Sequence record: OR992646
Reading direction: 5' to 3' (one strand)
Origin: Escherichia phage ET-SD-TH
Length of the DNA: 33,119 nt
In this document: piece by piece, positions 7,674 to 20,871 of the stretch
Layout: the number at the start of each line of letters is the position of its first letter
How positions within the stretch are numbered: the stretch's first letter is position 1
The notes under the pieces: model-generated
What the model was told of the DNA's origin: nothing
The model's input: only the letters and a program-made list of their open reading frames with translations
Databases searched by the model: none
Translations under genes and position numbers: made by a program

Positions 7674-10600
7674 AAAGGCGACAAATCAGTAACNNNNNNN
7701 NNNNNNNNNNNNNNNNNNNNNNNNNNNNNNNNNNNNNNNNNNNNNNNNNNNNNNNNNNNNNNNNNNNNNNNNNNNNNNNNNNNNNNNNNNNNNNNNNNNN
7801 NNNNNNNNNNNNNNNNNNNNNNNNNNNNNNNNNNNNNNNNNNNNNNNNNNNNNNNNNNNNNNNNNNNNNNNNNNNNNNNNNNNNNNNNNNNNNNNNNNNN
7901 NNNNNNNNNNNNNNNNNNNNNNNNNNNNNNNNNNNNNNNNNNNNNNNNNNNNNNNNNNNNNNNNNNNNNNNNNNNNNNNNNNNNNNNNNNNNNNNNNNNN
8001 NNNNNNNNNNNNNNNNNNNNNNNNNNNNNNNNNNNNNNNNNNNNNNNNNNNNNNNNNNNNNNNNNNNNNNNNNNNNNNNNNNNNNNNNNNNNNNNNNNNN
8101 NNNNNNNNNNNNNNNNNNNNNNNNNNNNNNNNNNNNNNNNNNNNNNNNNNNNNNNNNNNNNNNNNNNNNNNNNNNNNNNNNNNNNNNNNNNNNNNNNNNN
8201 NNNNNNNNNNNNNNNNNNNNNNNNNNNNNNNNNNNNNNNNNNNNNNNNNNNNNNNNNNNNNNNNNNNNNNNNNNNNNNNNNNNNNNNNNNNNNNNNNNNN
8301 NNNNNNNNNNNNNNNNNNNNNNNNNNNNNNNNNNNNNNNNNNNNNNNNNNNNNNNNNNNNNNNNNNNNNNNNNNNNNNNNNNNNNNNNNNNNNNNNNNNN
8401 NNNNNNNNNNNNNNNNNNNNNNNNNNNNNNNNNNNNNNNNNNNNNNNNNNNNNNNNNNNNNNNNNNNNNNNNNNNNNNNNNNNNNNNNNNNNNNNNNNNN
8501 NNNNNNNNNNNNNNNNNNNNNNNNNNNNNNNNNNNNNNNNNNNNNNNNNNNNNNNNNNNNNNNNNNNNNNNNNNNNNNNNNNNNNNNNNNNNNNNNNNNN
8601 NNNNNNNNNNNNNNNNNNNNNNNNNNNNNNNNNNNNNNNNNNNNNNNNNNNNNNNNNNNNNNNNNNNNNNNNNNNNNNNNNNNNNNNNNNNNNNNNNNNN
8701 NNNNNNNNNNNNNNNNNNNNNNNNNNNNNNNNNNNNNNNNNNNNNNNNNNNNNNNNNNNNNNNNNNNNNNNNNNNNNNNNNNNNNNNNNNNNNNNNNNNN
8801 NNNNNNNNNNNNNNNNNNNNNNNNNNNNNNNNNNNNNNNNNNNNNNNNNNNNNNNNNNNNNNNNNNNNNNNNNNNNNNNNNNNNNNNNNNNNNNNNNNNN
8901 NNNNNNNNNNNNNNNNNNNNNNNNNNNNNNNNNNNNNNNNNNNNNNNNNNNNNNNNNNNNNNNNNNNNNNNNNNNNNNNNNNNNNNNNNNNNNNNNNNNN
9001 NNNNNNNNNNNNNNNNNNNNNNNNNNNNNNNNNNNNNNNNNNNNNNNNNNNNNNNNNNNNNNNNNNNNNNNNNNNNNNNNNNNNNNNNNNNNNNNNNNNN
9101 NNNNNNNNNNNNNNNNNNNNNNNNNNNNNNNNNNNNNNNNNNNNNNNNNNNNNNNNNNNNNNNNNNNNNNNNNNNNNNNNNNNNNNNNNNNNNNNNNNNN
9201 NNNNNNNNNNNNNNNNNNNNNNNNNNNNNNNNNNNNNNNNNNNNNNNNNNNNNNNNNNNNNNNNNNNNNNNNNNNNNNNNNNNNNNNNNNNNNNNNNNNN
9301 NNNNNNNNNNNNNNNNNNNNNNNNNNNNNNNNNNNNNNNNNNNNNNNNNNNNNNNNNNNNNNNNNNNNNNNNNNNNNNNNNNNNNNNNNNNNNNNNNNNN
9401 NNNNNNNNNNNNNNNNNNNNNNNNNNNNNNNNNNNNNNNNNNNNNNNNNNNNNNNNNNNNNNNNNNNNNNNNNNNNNNNNNNNNNNNNNNNNNNNNNNNN
9501 NNNNNNNNNNNNNNNNNNNNNNNNNNNNNNNNNNNNNNNNNNNNNNNNNNNNNNNNNNNNNNNNNNNNNNNNNNNNNNNNNNNNNNNNNNNNNNNNNNNN
9601 NNNNNNNNNNNNNNNNNNNNNNNNNNNNNNNNNNNNNNNNNNNNNNNNNNNNNNNNNNNNNNNNNNNNNNNNNNNNNNNNNNNNNNNNNNNNNNNNNNNN
9701 NNNNNNNNNNNNNNNNNNNNNNNNNNNNNNNNNNNNNNNNNNNNNNNNNNNNNNNNNNNNNNNNNNNNNNNNNNNNNNNNNNNNNNNNNNNNNNNNNNNN
9801 NNNNNNNNNNNNNNNNNNNNNNNNNNNNNNNNNNNNNNNNNNNNNNNNNNNNNNNNNNNNNNNNNNNNNNNNNNNNNNNNNNNNNNNNNNNNNNNNNNNN
9901 NNNNNNNNNNNNNNNNNNNNNNNNNNNNNNNNNNNNNNNNNNNNNNNNNNNNNNNNNNNNNNNNNNNNNNNNNNNNNNNNNNNNNNNNNNNNNNNNNNNN
10001 NNNNNNNNNNNNNNNNNNNNNNNNNNNNNNNNNNNNNNNNNNNNNNNNNNNNNNNNNNNNNNNNNNNNNNNNNNNNNNNNNNNNNNNNNNNNNNNNNNNN
10101 NNNNNNNNNNNNNNNNNNNNNNNNNNNNNNNNNNNNNNNNNNNNNNNNNNNNNNNNNNNNNNNNNNNNNNNNNNNNNNNNNNNNNNNNNNNNNNNNNNNN
10201 NNNNNNNNNNNNNNNNNNNNNNNNNNNNNNNNNNNNNNNNNNNNNNNNNNNNNNNNNNNNNNNNNNNNNNNNNNNNNNNNNNNNNNNNNNNNNNNNNNNN
10301 NNNNNNNNNNNNNNNNNNNNNNNNNNNNNNNNNNNNNNNNNNNNNNNNNNNNNNNNNNNNNNNNNNNNNNNNNNNNNNNNNNNNNNNNNNNNNNNNNNNN
10401 NNNNNNNNNNNNNNNNNNNNNNNNNNNNNNNNNNNNNNNNNNNNNNNNNNNNNNNNNNNNNNNNNNNNNNNNNNNNNNNNNNNNNNNNNNNNNNNNNNNN
10501 NNNNNNNNNNNNNNNNNNNNNNNNNNNNNNNNNNNNNNNNNNNNNNNNNNNNNNNNNNNNNNNNNNNNNNNNNNNNNNNNNNNNNNNNNNNNNNNNNNNN

Positions 10601-12750
10601 NNNNNNNNNNNNNNNNNNNNNNNNNNNNNNNNNNNNNNNNNNNNNNNNNNNNNNNNNNNNNNNNNNNNNNNNNNNNNNNNNNNNNNNNNNNNNNNNNNNN
10701 NNNNNNNNNNNNNNNNNNNNNNNNNNNNNNNNNNNNNNNNNNNNNNNNNNNNNNNNNNNNNNNNNNNNNNNNNNNNNNNNNNNNNNNNNNNNNNNNNNNN
10801 NNNNNNNNNNNNNNNNNNNNNNNNNNNNNNNNNNNNNNNNNNNNNNNNNNNNNNNNNNNNNNNNNNNNNNNNNNNNNNNNNNNNNNNNNNNNNNNNNNNN
10901 NNNNNNNNNNNNNNNNNNNNNNNNNNNNNNNNNNNNNNNNNNNNNNNNNNNNNNNNNNNNNNNNNNNNNNNNNNNNNNNNNNNNNNNNNNNNNNNNNNNN
11001 NNNNNNNNNNNNNNNNNNNNNNNNNNNNNNNNNNNNNNNNNNNNNNNNNNNNNNNNNNNNNNNNNNNNNNNNNNNNNNNNNNNNNNNNNNNNNNNNNNNN
11101 NNNNNNNNNNNNNNNNNNNNNNNNNNNNNNNNNNNNNNNNNNNNNNNNNNNNNNNNNNNNNNNNNNNNNNNNNNNNNNNNNNNNNNNNNNNNNNNNNNNN
11201 NNNNNNNNNNNNNNNNNNNNNNNNNNNNNNNNNNNNNNNNNNNNNNNNNNNNNNNNNNNNNNNNNNNNNNNNNNNNNNNNNNNNNNNNNNNNNNNNNNNN
11301 NNNNNNNNNNNNNNNNNNNNNNNNNNNNNNNNNNNNNNNNNNNNNNNNNNNNNNNNNNNNNNNNNNNNNNNNNNNNNNNNNNNNNNNNNNNNNNNNNNNN
11401 NNNNNNNNNNNNNNNNNNNNNNNNNNNNNNNNNNNNNNNNNNNNNNNNNNNNNNNNNNNNNNNNNNNNNNNNNNNNNNNNNNNNNNNNNNNNNNNNNNNN
11501 NNNNNNNNNNNNNNNNNNNNNNNNNNNNNNNNNNNNNNNNNNNNNNNNNNNNNNNNNNNNNNNNNNNNNNNNNNNNNNNNNNNNNNNNNNNNNNNNNNNN
11601 NNNNNNNNNNNNNNNNNNNNNNNNNNNNNNNNNNNNNNNNNNNNNNNNNNNNNNNNNNNNNNNNNNNNNNNNNNNNNNNNNNNNNNNNNNNNNNNNNNNN
11701 NNNNNNNNNNNNNNNNNNNNNNNNNNNNNNNNNNNNNNNNNNNNNNNNNNNNNNNNNNNNNNNNNNNNNNNNNNNNNNNNNNNNNNNNNNNNNNNNNNNN
11801 NNNNNNNNNNNNNNNNNNNNNNNNNNNNNNNNNNNNNNNNNNNNNNNNNNNNNNNNNNNNNNNNNNNNNNNNNNNNNNNNNNNNNNNNNNNNNNNNNNNN
11901 NNNNNNNNNNNNNNNNNNNNNNNNNNNNNNNNNNNNNNNNNNNNNNNNNNNNNNNNNNNNNNNNNNNNNNNNNNNNNNNNNNNNNNNNNNNNNNNNNNNN
12001 NNNNNNNNNNNNNNNNNNNNNNNNNNNNNNNNNNNNNNNNNNNNNNNNNNNNNNNNNNNNNNNNNNNNNNNNNNNNNNNNNNNNNNNNNNNNNNNNNNNN
12101 NNNNNNNNNNNNNNNNNNNNNNNNNNNNNNNNNNNNNNNNNNNNNNNNNNNNNNNNNNNNNNNNNNNNNNNNNNNNNNNNNNNNNNNNNNNNNNNNNNNN
12201 NNNNNNNNNNNNNNNNNNNNNNNNNNNNNNNNNNNNNNNNNNNNNNNNNNNNNNNNNNNNNNNNNNNNNNNNNNNNNNNNNNNNNNNNNNNNNNNNNNNN
12301 NNNNNNNNNNNNNNNNNNNNNNNNNNNNNNNNNNNNNNNNNNNNNNNNNNNNNNNNNNNNNNNNNNNNNNNNNNNNNNNNNNNNNNNNNNNNNNNNNNNN
12401 NNNNNNNNNNNNNNNNNNNNNNNNNNNNNNNNNNNNNNNNNNNNNNNNNNNNNNNNNNNNNNNNNNNNNNNNNNNNNNNNNNNNNNNNNNNNNNNNNNNN
12501 NNNNNNNNNNNNNNNNNNNNNNNNNNNNNNNNNNNNNNNNNNNNNNNNNNNNNNNNNNNNNNNNNNNNNNNNNNNNNNNNNNNNNNNNNNNNNNNNNNNN
12601 NNNNNNNNNNNNNNNNNNNNNNNNNNNNNNNNNNNNNNNNNNNNNNNNNNNNNNNNNNNNNNNNNNNNNNNNNNNNNNNNNNNNNNNNNNNNNNNNNNNN
12701 NNNNNNNNNNNNNNNNNNNNNNNNNNNNNNNNNNNNNNNNNNNNNNNNNN

Positions 12751-12947
12751 TCTGCACGCCTGGCTGATGCAAAGCGCGATACAGGCCAGACATCGTGACA
12801 TCATAGCCAATGCGGCGCTGGCCTTCGGCATAAGCCGCCACGGCGTCAAACGCGGCCTGGCGCACCACTTCTGAATCAGGGCCAGGCAGCAGGGTTAATT
12901 CTGCGCTGATGGCGTAGGTGATAATCTGCGCGGAACGAACTTCAACG
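12751..12947 (-). CDS. baseplate J-like protein fragment (both ends masked)
   Basis: Only 197 nt visible; minus-frame translation VEVRSAQIITYAISAELTLLPGPDSEVVRQAAFDAVAAYAEGQRRIGYDVTMSGLYRALHQPGVQ resembles baseplate J (gpJ) family sequence; position upstream of the sheath fits P2 order. Confidence 0.35.
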
Positions 12948-15900
12948 NNNNNNNNNNNNNNNNNNNNNNNNNNNNNNNNNNNNNNNNNNNNNNNNNNNNN
13001 NNNNNNNNNNNNNNNNNNNNNNNNNNNNNNNNNNNNNNNNNNNNNNNNNNNNNNNNNNNNNNNNNNNNNNNNNNNNNNNNNNNNNNNNNNNNNNNNNNNN
13101 NNNNNNNNNNNNNNNNNNNNNNNNNNNNNNNNNNNNNNNNNNNNNNNNNNNNNNNNNNNNNNNNNNNNNNNNNNNNNNNNNNNNNNNNNNNNNNNNNNNN
13201 NNNNNNNNNNNNNNNNNNNNNNNNNNNNNNNNNNNNNNNNNNNNNNNNNNNNNNNNNNNNNNNNNNNNNNNNNNNNNNNNNNNNNNNNNNNNNNNNNNNN
13301 NNNNNNNNNNNNNNNNNNNNNNNNNNNNNNNNNNNNNNNNNNNNNNNNNNNNNNNNNNNNNNNNNNNNNNNNNNNNNNNNNNNNNNNNNNNNNNNNNNNN
13401 NNNNNNNNNNNNNNNNNNNNNNNNNNNNNNNNNNNNNNNNNNNNNNNNNNNNNNNNNNNNNNNNNNNNNNNNNNNNNNNNNNNNNNNNNNNNNNNNNNNN
13501 NNNNNNNNNNNNNNNNNNNNNNNNNNNNNNNNNNNNNNNNNNNNNNNNNNNNNNNNNNNNNNNNNNNNNNNNNNNNNNNNNNNNNNNNNNNNNNNNNNNN
13601 NNNNNNNNNNNNNNNNNNNNNNNNNNNNNNNNNNNNNNNNNNNNNNNNNNNNNNNNNNNNNNNNNNNNNNNNNNNNNNNNNNNNNNNNNNNNNNNNNNNN
13701 NNNNNNNNNNNNNNNNNNNNNNNNNNNNNNNNNNNNNNNNNNNNNNNNNNNNNNNNNNNNNNNNNNNNNNNNNNNNNNNNNNNNNNNNNNNNNNNNNNNN
13801 NNNNNNNNNNNNNNNNNNNNNNNNNNNNNNNNNNNNNNNNNNNNNNNNNNNNNNNNNNNNNNNNNNNNNNNNNNNNNNNNNNNNNNNNNNNNNNNNNNNN
13901 NNNNNNNNNNNNNNNNNNNNNNNNNNNNNNNNNNNNNNNNNNNNNNNNNNNNNNNNNNNNNNNNNNNNNNNNNNNNNNNNNNNNNNNNNNNNNNNNNNNN
14001 NNNNNNNNNNNNNNNNNNNNNNNNNNNNNNNNNNNNNNNNNNNNNNNNNNNNNNNNNNNNNNNNNNNNNNNNNNNNNNNNNNNNNNNNNNNNNNNNNNNN
14101 NNNNNNNNNNNNNNNNNNNNNNNNNNNNNNNNNNNNNNNNNNNNNNNNNNNNNNNNNNNNNNNNNNNNNNNNNNNNNNNNNNNNNNNNNNNNNNNNNNNN
14201 NNNNNNNNNNNNNNNNNNNNNNNNNNNNNNNNNNNNNNNNNNNNNNNNNNNNNNNNNNNNNNNNNNNNNNNNNNNNNNNNNNNNNNNNNNNNNNNNNNNN
14301 NNNNNNNNNNNNNNNNNNNNNNNNNNNNNNNNNNNNNNNNNNNNNNNNNNNNNNNNNNNNNNNNNNNNNNNNNNNNNNNNNNNNNNNNNNNNNNNNNNNN
14401 NNNNNNNNNNNNNNNNNNNNNNNNNNNNNNNNNNNNNNNNNNNNNNNNNNNNNNNNNNNNNNNNNNNNNNNNNNNNNNNNNNNNNNNNNNNNNNNNNNNN
14501 NNNNNNNNNNNNNNNNNNNNNNNNNNNNNNNNNNNNNNNNNNNNNNNNNNNNNNNNNNNNNNNNNNNNNNNNNNNNNNNNNNNNNNNNNNNNNNNNNNNN
14601 NNNNNNNNNNNNNNNNNNNNNNNNNNNNNNNNNNNNNNNNNNNNNNNNNNNNNNNNNNNNNNNNNNNNNNNNNNNNNNNNNNNNNNNNNNNNNNNNNNNN
14701 NNNNNNNNNNNNNNNNNNNNNNNNNNNNNNNNNNNNNNNNNNNNNNNNNNNNNNNNNNNNNNNNNNNNNNNNNNNNNNNNNNNNNNNNNNNNNNNNNNNN
14801 NNNNNNNNNNNNNNNNNNNNNNNNNNNNNNNNNNNNNNNNNNNNNNNNNNNNNNNNNNNNNNNNNNNNNNNNNNNNNNNNNNNNNNNNNNNNNNNNNNNN
14901 NNNNNNNNNNNNNNNNNNNNNNNNNNNNNNNNNNNNNNNNNNNNNNNNNNNNNNNNNNNNNNNNNNNNNNNNNNNNNNNNNNNNNNNNNNNNNNNNNNNN
15001 NNNNNNNNNNNNNNNNNNNNNNNNNNNNNNNNNNNNNNNNNNNNNNNNNNNNNNNNNNNNNNNNNNNNNNNNNNNNNNNNNNNNNNNNNNNNNNNNNNNN
15101 NNNNNNNNNNNNNNNNNNNNNNNNNNNNNNNNNNNNNNNNNNNNNNNNNNNNNNNNNNNNNNNNNNNNNNNNNNNNNNNNNNNNNNNNNNNNNNNNNNNN
15201 NNNNNNNNNNNNNNNNNNNNNNNNNNNNNNNNNNNNNNNNNNNNNNNNNNNNNNNNNNNNNNNNNNNNNNNNNNNNNNNNNNNNNNNNNNNNNNNNNNNN
15301 NNNNNNNNNNNNNNNNNNNNNNNNNNNNNNNNNNNNNNNNNNNNNNNNNNNNNNNNNNNNNNNNNNNNNNNNNNNNNNNNNNNNNNNNNNNNNNNNNNNN
15401 NNNNNNNNNNNNNNNNNNNNNNNNNNNNNNNNNNNNNNNNNNNNNNNNNNNNNNNNNNNNNNNNNNNNNNNNNNNNNNNNNNNNNNNNNNNNNNNNNNNN
15501 NNNNNNNNNNNNNNNNNNNNNNNNNNNNNNNNNNNNNNNNNNNNNNNNNNNNNNNNNNNNNNNNNNNNNNNNNNNNNNNNNNNNNNNNNNNNNNNNNNNN
15601 NNNNNNNNNNNNNNNNNNNNNNNNNNNNNNNNNNNNNNNNNNNNNNNNNNNNNNNNNNNNNNNNNNNNNNNNNNNNNNNNNNNNNNNNNNNNNNNNNNNN
15701 NNNNNNNNNNNNNNNNNNNNNNNNNNNNNNNNNNNNNNNNNNNNNNNNNNNNNNNNNNNNNNNNNNNNNNNNNNNNNNNNNNNNNNNNNNNNNNNNNNNN
15801 NNNNNNNNNNNNNNNNNNNNNNNNNNNNNNNNNNNNNNNNNNNNNNNNNNNNNNNNNNNNNNNNNNNNNNNNNNNNNNNNNNNNNNNNNNNNNNNNNNNN

Positions 15901-18793
15901 NNNNNNNNNNNNNNNNNNNNNNNNNNNNNNNNNNNNNNNNNNNNNNNNNNNNNNNNNNNNNNNNNNNNNNNNNNNNNNNNNNNNNNNNNNNNNNNNNNNN
16001 NNNNNNNNNNNNNNNNNNNNNNNNNNNNNNNNNNNNNNNNNNNNNNNNNNNNNNNNNNNNNNNNNNNNNNNNNNNNNNNNNNNNNNNNNNNNNNNNNNNN
16101 NNNNNNNNNNNNNNNNNNNNNNNNNNNNNNNNNNNNNNNNNNNNNNNNNNNNNNNNNNNNNNNNNNNNNNNNNNNNNNNNNNNNNNNNNNNNNNNNNNNN
16201 NNNNNNNNNNNNNNNNNNNNNNNNNNNNNNNNNNNNNNNNNNNNNNNNNNNNNNNNNNNNNNNNNNNNNNNNNNNNNNNNNNNNNNNNNNNNNNNNNNNN
16301 NNNNNNNNNNNNNNNNNNNNNNNNNNNNNNNNNNNNNNNNNNNNNNNNNNNNNNNNNNNNNNNNNNNNNNNNNNNNNNNNNNNNNNNNNNNNNNNNNNNN
16401 NNNNNNNNNNNNNNNNNNNNNNNNNNNNNNNNNNNNNNNNNNNNNNNNNNNNNNNNNNNNNNNNNNNNNNNNNNNNNNNNNNNNNNNNNNNNNNNNNNNN
16501 NNNNNNNNNNNNNNNNNNNNNNNNNNNNNNNNNNNNNNNNNNNNNNNNNNNNNNNNNNNNNNNNNNNNNNNNNNNNNNNNNNNNNNNNNNNNNNNNNNNN
16601 NNNNNNNNNNNNNNNNNNNNNNNNNNNNNNNNNNNNNNNNNNNNNNNNNNNNNNNNNNNNNNNNNNNNNNNNNNNNNNNNNNNNNNNNNNNNNNNNNNNN
16701 NNNNNNNNNNNNNNNNNNNNNNNNNNNNNNNNNNNNNNNNNNNNNNNNNNNNNNNNNNNNNNNNNNNNNNNNNNNNNNNNNNNNNNNNNNNNNNNNNNNN
16801 NNNNNNNNNNNNNNNNNNNNNNNNNNNNNNNNNNNNNNNNNNNNNNNNNNNNNNNNNNNNNNNNNNNNNNNNNNNNNNNNNNNNNNNNNNNNNNNNNNNN
16901 NNNNNNNNNNNNNNNNNNNNNNNNNNNNNNNNNNNNNNNNNNNNNNNNNNNNNNNNNNNNNNNNNNNNNNNNNNNNNNNNNNNNNNNNNNNNNNNNNNNN
17001 NNNNNNNNNNNNNNNNNNNNNNNNNNNNNNNNNNNNNNNNNNNNNNNNNNNNNNNNNNNNNNNNNNNNNNNNNNNNNNNNNNNNNNNNNNNNNNNNNNNN
17101 NNNNNNNNNNNNNNNNNNNNNNNNNNNNNNNNNNNNNNNNNNNNNNNNNNNNNNNNNNNNNNNNNNNNNNNNNNNNNNNNNNNNNNNNNNNNNNNNNNNN
17201 NNNNNNNNNNNNNNNNNNNNNNNNNNNNNNNNNNNNNNNNNNNNNNNNNNNNNNNNNNNNNNNNNNNNNNNNNNNNNNNNNNNNNNNNNNNNNNNNNNNN
17301 NNNNNNNNNNNNNNNNNNNNNNNNNNNNNNNNNNNNNNNNNNNNNNNNNNNNNNNNNNNNNNNNNNNNNNNNNNNNNNNNNNNNNNNNNNNNNNNNNNNN
17401 NNNNNNNNNNNNNNNNNNNNNNNNNNNNNNNNNNNNNNNNNNNNNNNNNNNNNNNNNNNNNNNNNNNNNNNNNNNNNNNNNNNNNNNNNNNNNNNNNNNN
17501 NNNNNNNNNNNNNNNNNNNNNNNNNNNNNNNNNNNNNNNNNNNNNNNNNNNNNNNNNNNNNNNNNNNNNNNNNNNNNNNNNNNNNNNNNNNNNNNNNNNN
17601 NNNNNNNNNNNNNNNNNNNNNNNNNNNNNNNNNNNNNNNNNNNNNNNNNNNNNNNNNNNNNNNNNNNNNNNNNNNNNNNNNNNNNNNNNNNNNNNNNNNN
17701 NNNNNNNNNNNNNNNNNNNNNNNNNNNNNNNNNNNNNNNNNNNNNNNNNNNNNNNNNNNNNNNNNNNNNNNNNNNNNNNNNNNNNNNNNNNNNNNNNNNN
17801 NNNNNNNNNNNNNNNNNNNNNNNNNNNNNNNNNNNNNNNNNNNNNNNNNNNNNNNNNNNNNNNNNNNNNNNNNNNNNNNNNNNNNNNNNNNNNNNNNNNN
17901 NNNNNNNNNNNNNNNNNNNNNNNNNNNNNNNNNNNNNNNNNNNNNNNNNNNNNNNNNNNNNNNNNNNNNNNNNNNNNNNNNNNNNNNNNNNNNNNNNNNN
18001 NNNNNNNNNNNNNNNNNNNNNNNNNNNNNNNNNNNNNNNNNNNNNNNNNNNNNNNNNNNNNNNNNNNNNNNNNNNNNNNNNNNNNNNNNNNNNNNNNNNN
18101 NNNNNNNNNNNNNNNNNNNNNNNNNNNNNNNNNNNNNNNNNNNNNNNNNNNNNNNNNNNNNNNNNNNNNNNNNNNNNNNNNNNNNNNNNNNNNNNNNNNN
18201 NNNNNNNNNNNNNNNNNNNNNNNNNNNNNNNNNNNNNNNNNNNNNNNNNNNNNNNNNNNNNNNNNNNNNNNNNNNNNNNNNNNNNNNNNNNNNNNNNNNN
18301 NNNNNNNNNNNNNNNNNNNNNNNNNNNNNNNNNNNNNNNNNNNNNNNNNNNNNNNNNNNNNNNNNNNNNNNNNNNNNNNNNNNNNNNNNNNNNNNNNNNN
18401 NNNNNNNNNNNNNNNNNNNNNNNNNNNNNNNNNNNNNNNNNNNNNNNNNNNNNNNNNNNNNNNNNNNNNNNNNNNNNNNNNNNNNNNNNNNNNNNNNNNN
18501 NNNNNNNNNNNNNNNNNNNNNNNNNNNNNNNNNNNNNNNNNNNNNNNNNNNNNNNNNNNNNNNNNNNNNNNNNNNNNNNNNNNNNNNNNNNNNNNNNNNN
18601 NNNNNNNNNNNNNNNNNNNNNNNNNNNNNNNNNNNNNNNNNNNNNNNNNNNNNNNNNNNNNNNNNNNNNNNNNNNNNNNNNNNNNNNNNNNNNNNNNNNN
18701 NNNNNNNNNNNNNNNNNNNNNNNNNNNNNNNNNNNNNNNNNNNNNNNNNNNNNNNNNNNNNNNNNNNNNNNNNNNNNNNNNNNNNNNNNNNNN

Positions 18794-20326
18794 TTGCTGC
18801 CCCATTAACAGTTGTTTATCCATGCCCATGCTTTGCATGACCAGTTTTTCCGCCATTTCGCGGCTGATACCGTGCTGCGTGTACGCCTCAATCATGCGCG
18901 CCACGTCGCTGGCGGTTTCCTTCCAAACGGTGTCAGGGTCGCTGCCACCTTCACGGATGATGCGGCCAGGCGATTGCAGCATGTTGTTTTTGGACCGTTC
19001 AGCGGCTGCCACGTCAGATGACGGGTCAATCCAGGCCCAACGGCGTGGCTGCCATTCAATATCGCTGTAGCGGTCGATGCGTTCCGGTTTCAGGCTTCGG
19101 CCTTTAACGGTGATGCGACCAGCAAGCAGGGCACGCGGCAACCATGCTTCAAAAACGGGTTGATGCAGGTTTTCAATCAACCATTCCTGCAATTCTTTCC
19201 AGTTTTCGCGGCTGTCTAGCGTTCCCTGGCGGATTGAACTGAAATTGACGCCTTCCAGGTCGCTGGCAAGGTCATTGTACGGAACGCCCATACCGGACGC
19301 CATGCCGCGCAGCATTTGTTTGGTGAACACGGCAAATTCGCCGTTGGGGTACTGTGGCGACCAGTCTTTGACGCGTGCGCCCTGTGGCAGCACCTGGAAT
19401 TCACCCGGTTCACTGTCAATGATCAGTTCGTCATCATCTTCAAACTCAGGACCAGCGGAATTTTCATCCCATTCGATGAATCCCATTTTGTTGGCGCCGG
19501 CGCGTGCGTTGACCAGCGCGGCTTCTTCCATGCCGCCCAGGTGGCGCATACGAAACAGGCTGGTGGCCATCCACGGCAGACCGCGTTTCTGTCCAACCAT
19601 GTCATCAAGGAAGCCGTGAAGGATTTCATCAGCGGGGATGCGCACGAAATCACGCCCGGACCAACGGTAGTTATCATCGGATTCATCAACGGTGCTGAAA
19701 TAGTACGCAATAGGCCGCCCGTAGCGGTTAAACTCGATGCCCTGGCGGATGAAATTTCCGTTATTCAGACGATCTTCAACCATGTCCACAGGGCAGCGTT
19801 GCGGGTCCAACAGTTGCAGCGCAAAGCCCCACGGACCGGCATCGGCACCGAACACCAGGCGCACGAAGAATTCACCATCTTTAGCCGCGCTGTTGACGCA
19901 GGCAGCCTGGATGGCTCTCCAGGACAGCTTCCCGGTCACGTCGCAGTTTGACTTGTGCCCCCACTTATCGAAGGCAGTTTCAATGGCTTCGTTGGCAAGG
20001 GTGTCCAGTTTCCCGGTGTTGTCAGTGCTTTTGGCCTGCAACAGAACGCCTTTTGGCCCAACAATATTGTTGCGGCACAGGCGCAGGAATTTTTTGGCGT
20101 AATCGTTATTGGCGGCCTGTTCGCGGGAACGGGCCACCAGGATGCGTTGATTTTTGTTGATTACCTCGTCAGCCGTCAGCGGCTGTGTGCCCCACGCGGT
20201 GCCCAACCGGTCAACACTGGCACCGGTAAACATGCGGGAAGCCAGGCGGTTAAGCGGTAAACGCCGCGTGCGCGGCTGTTGTGCATGTTCGGCAGGCTTA
20301 TTTCTGGTAAATGGCCACAGTTTCAT
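18794..20326 (-). CDS. phage portal protein, lambda gpB family (3' end masked)
   Basis: ATG at 20326-20324; 511 visible codons with ...FTKQMLRGMASGMGVPYNDLASDLEGVNFSSIRQG... similar to lambda gpB; directly follows the terminase large subunit and gpW-like gene. Confidence 0.85.
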
Positions 20327-20865
20327 TAGCGAAGGCTCACCCGTACTTTACGCCCGAACGGGTTTTTGCCGCACTGCGCCTGCTTTTCGCGTGCTACTTC
20401 CAGGCGGTACAAGTCGCGCAGTTTCAACAAATCCGCAATCGGGGTGCGATATAACTCGCGGTTATTGATGCGGTAGCGTTCCTGGTCCATCGTTGCGCGT
20501 CGTTCAATGACCGCTTCAATGGCTTCCAGTGTGCGTTGCGCGTGAGTTTTCCCGTTAAATCCATCACTGGCGCTGGCCAGGTCTGGCAGGATGGTAATCT
20601 GGCCGTTTCCGGCCTCCATAACGTCATCGCCTTTGGTCGCACGCAGCGAATACCAGTAATCACCTGCTGGCCACGTTTGAGTGACGCCAGCGGCAGCGCG
20701 GATGACGTGATCGTTACCATCAGCGACGGCGTTGATGTTAATTGACTGCGGGCCGCGCAGCAGTAGCTGAACGGCCCATTCAGTTGCAGGATAGCCGGGA
20801 AGCGTCAGACGCGTCTCAAATGTCAATCCAGCAGTAATTTTCTGCGGTACTTGGCAGTTTTTCAC
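20326..20865 (-). CDS. gpW-like head-tail joining protein with about 100-aa N-terminal extension of unknown function
   Basis: 179-aa ORF, GTG start at 20865-20863 with GGTGAT Shine-Dalgarno 7 nt upstream; stop overlaps the portal ATG (TAATG). C-terminal about 70 aa (LEAIEAVIERRATMDQERYRINNRELYRTPIADLLKLRDLYRLEV) resembles lambda gpW; the N-terminal part matches nothing I recognise. Confidence 0.45.
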   Translation of the reverse strand: MKNCQVPQKITAGLTFETRLTLPGYPATEWAVQLLLRGPQSININAVADGNDHVIRAAAGVTQTWPAGDYWYSLRATKGDDVMEAGNGQITILPDLASASDGFNGKTHAQRTLEAIEAVIERRATMDQERYRINNRELYRTPIADLLKLRDLYRLEVAREKQAQCGKNPFGRKVRVSLR

Positions 20866-20871
20866 TATTTA

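Noticed and set aside
7544-20326. 4260-aa minus-strand ORF, and similar giant ORFs (6133..12849 beyond 7557, 7500..12767 +, 12918..19070 +)
   Set aside because: They exist only because N runs translate as X with no stops; the real genes are the sheath (6133-7557), the baseplate J-like fragment and the portal (18794-20326).
20424-20720. 98-aa minus-strand ORF overlapping the gpW-like gene in another frame
   Set aside because: Fully embedded in the better-supported 20326-20865 ORF; junk-like translation.
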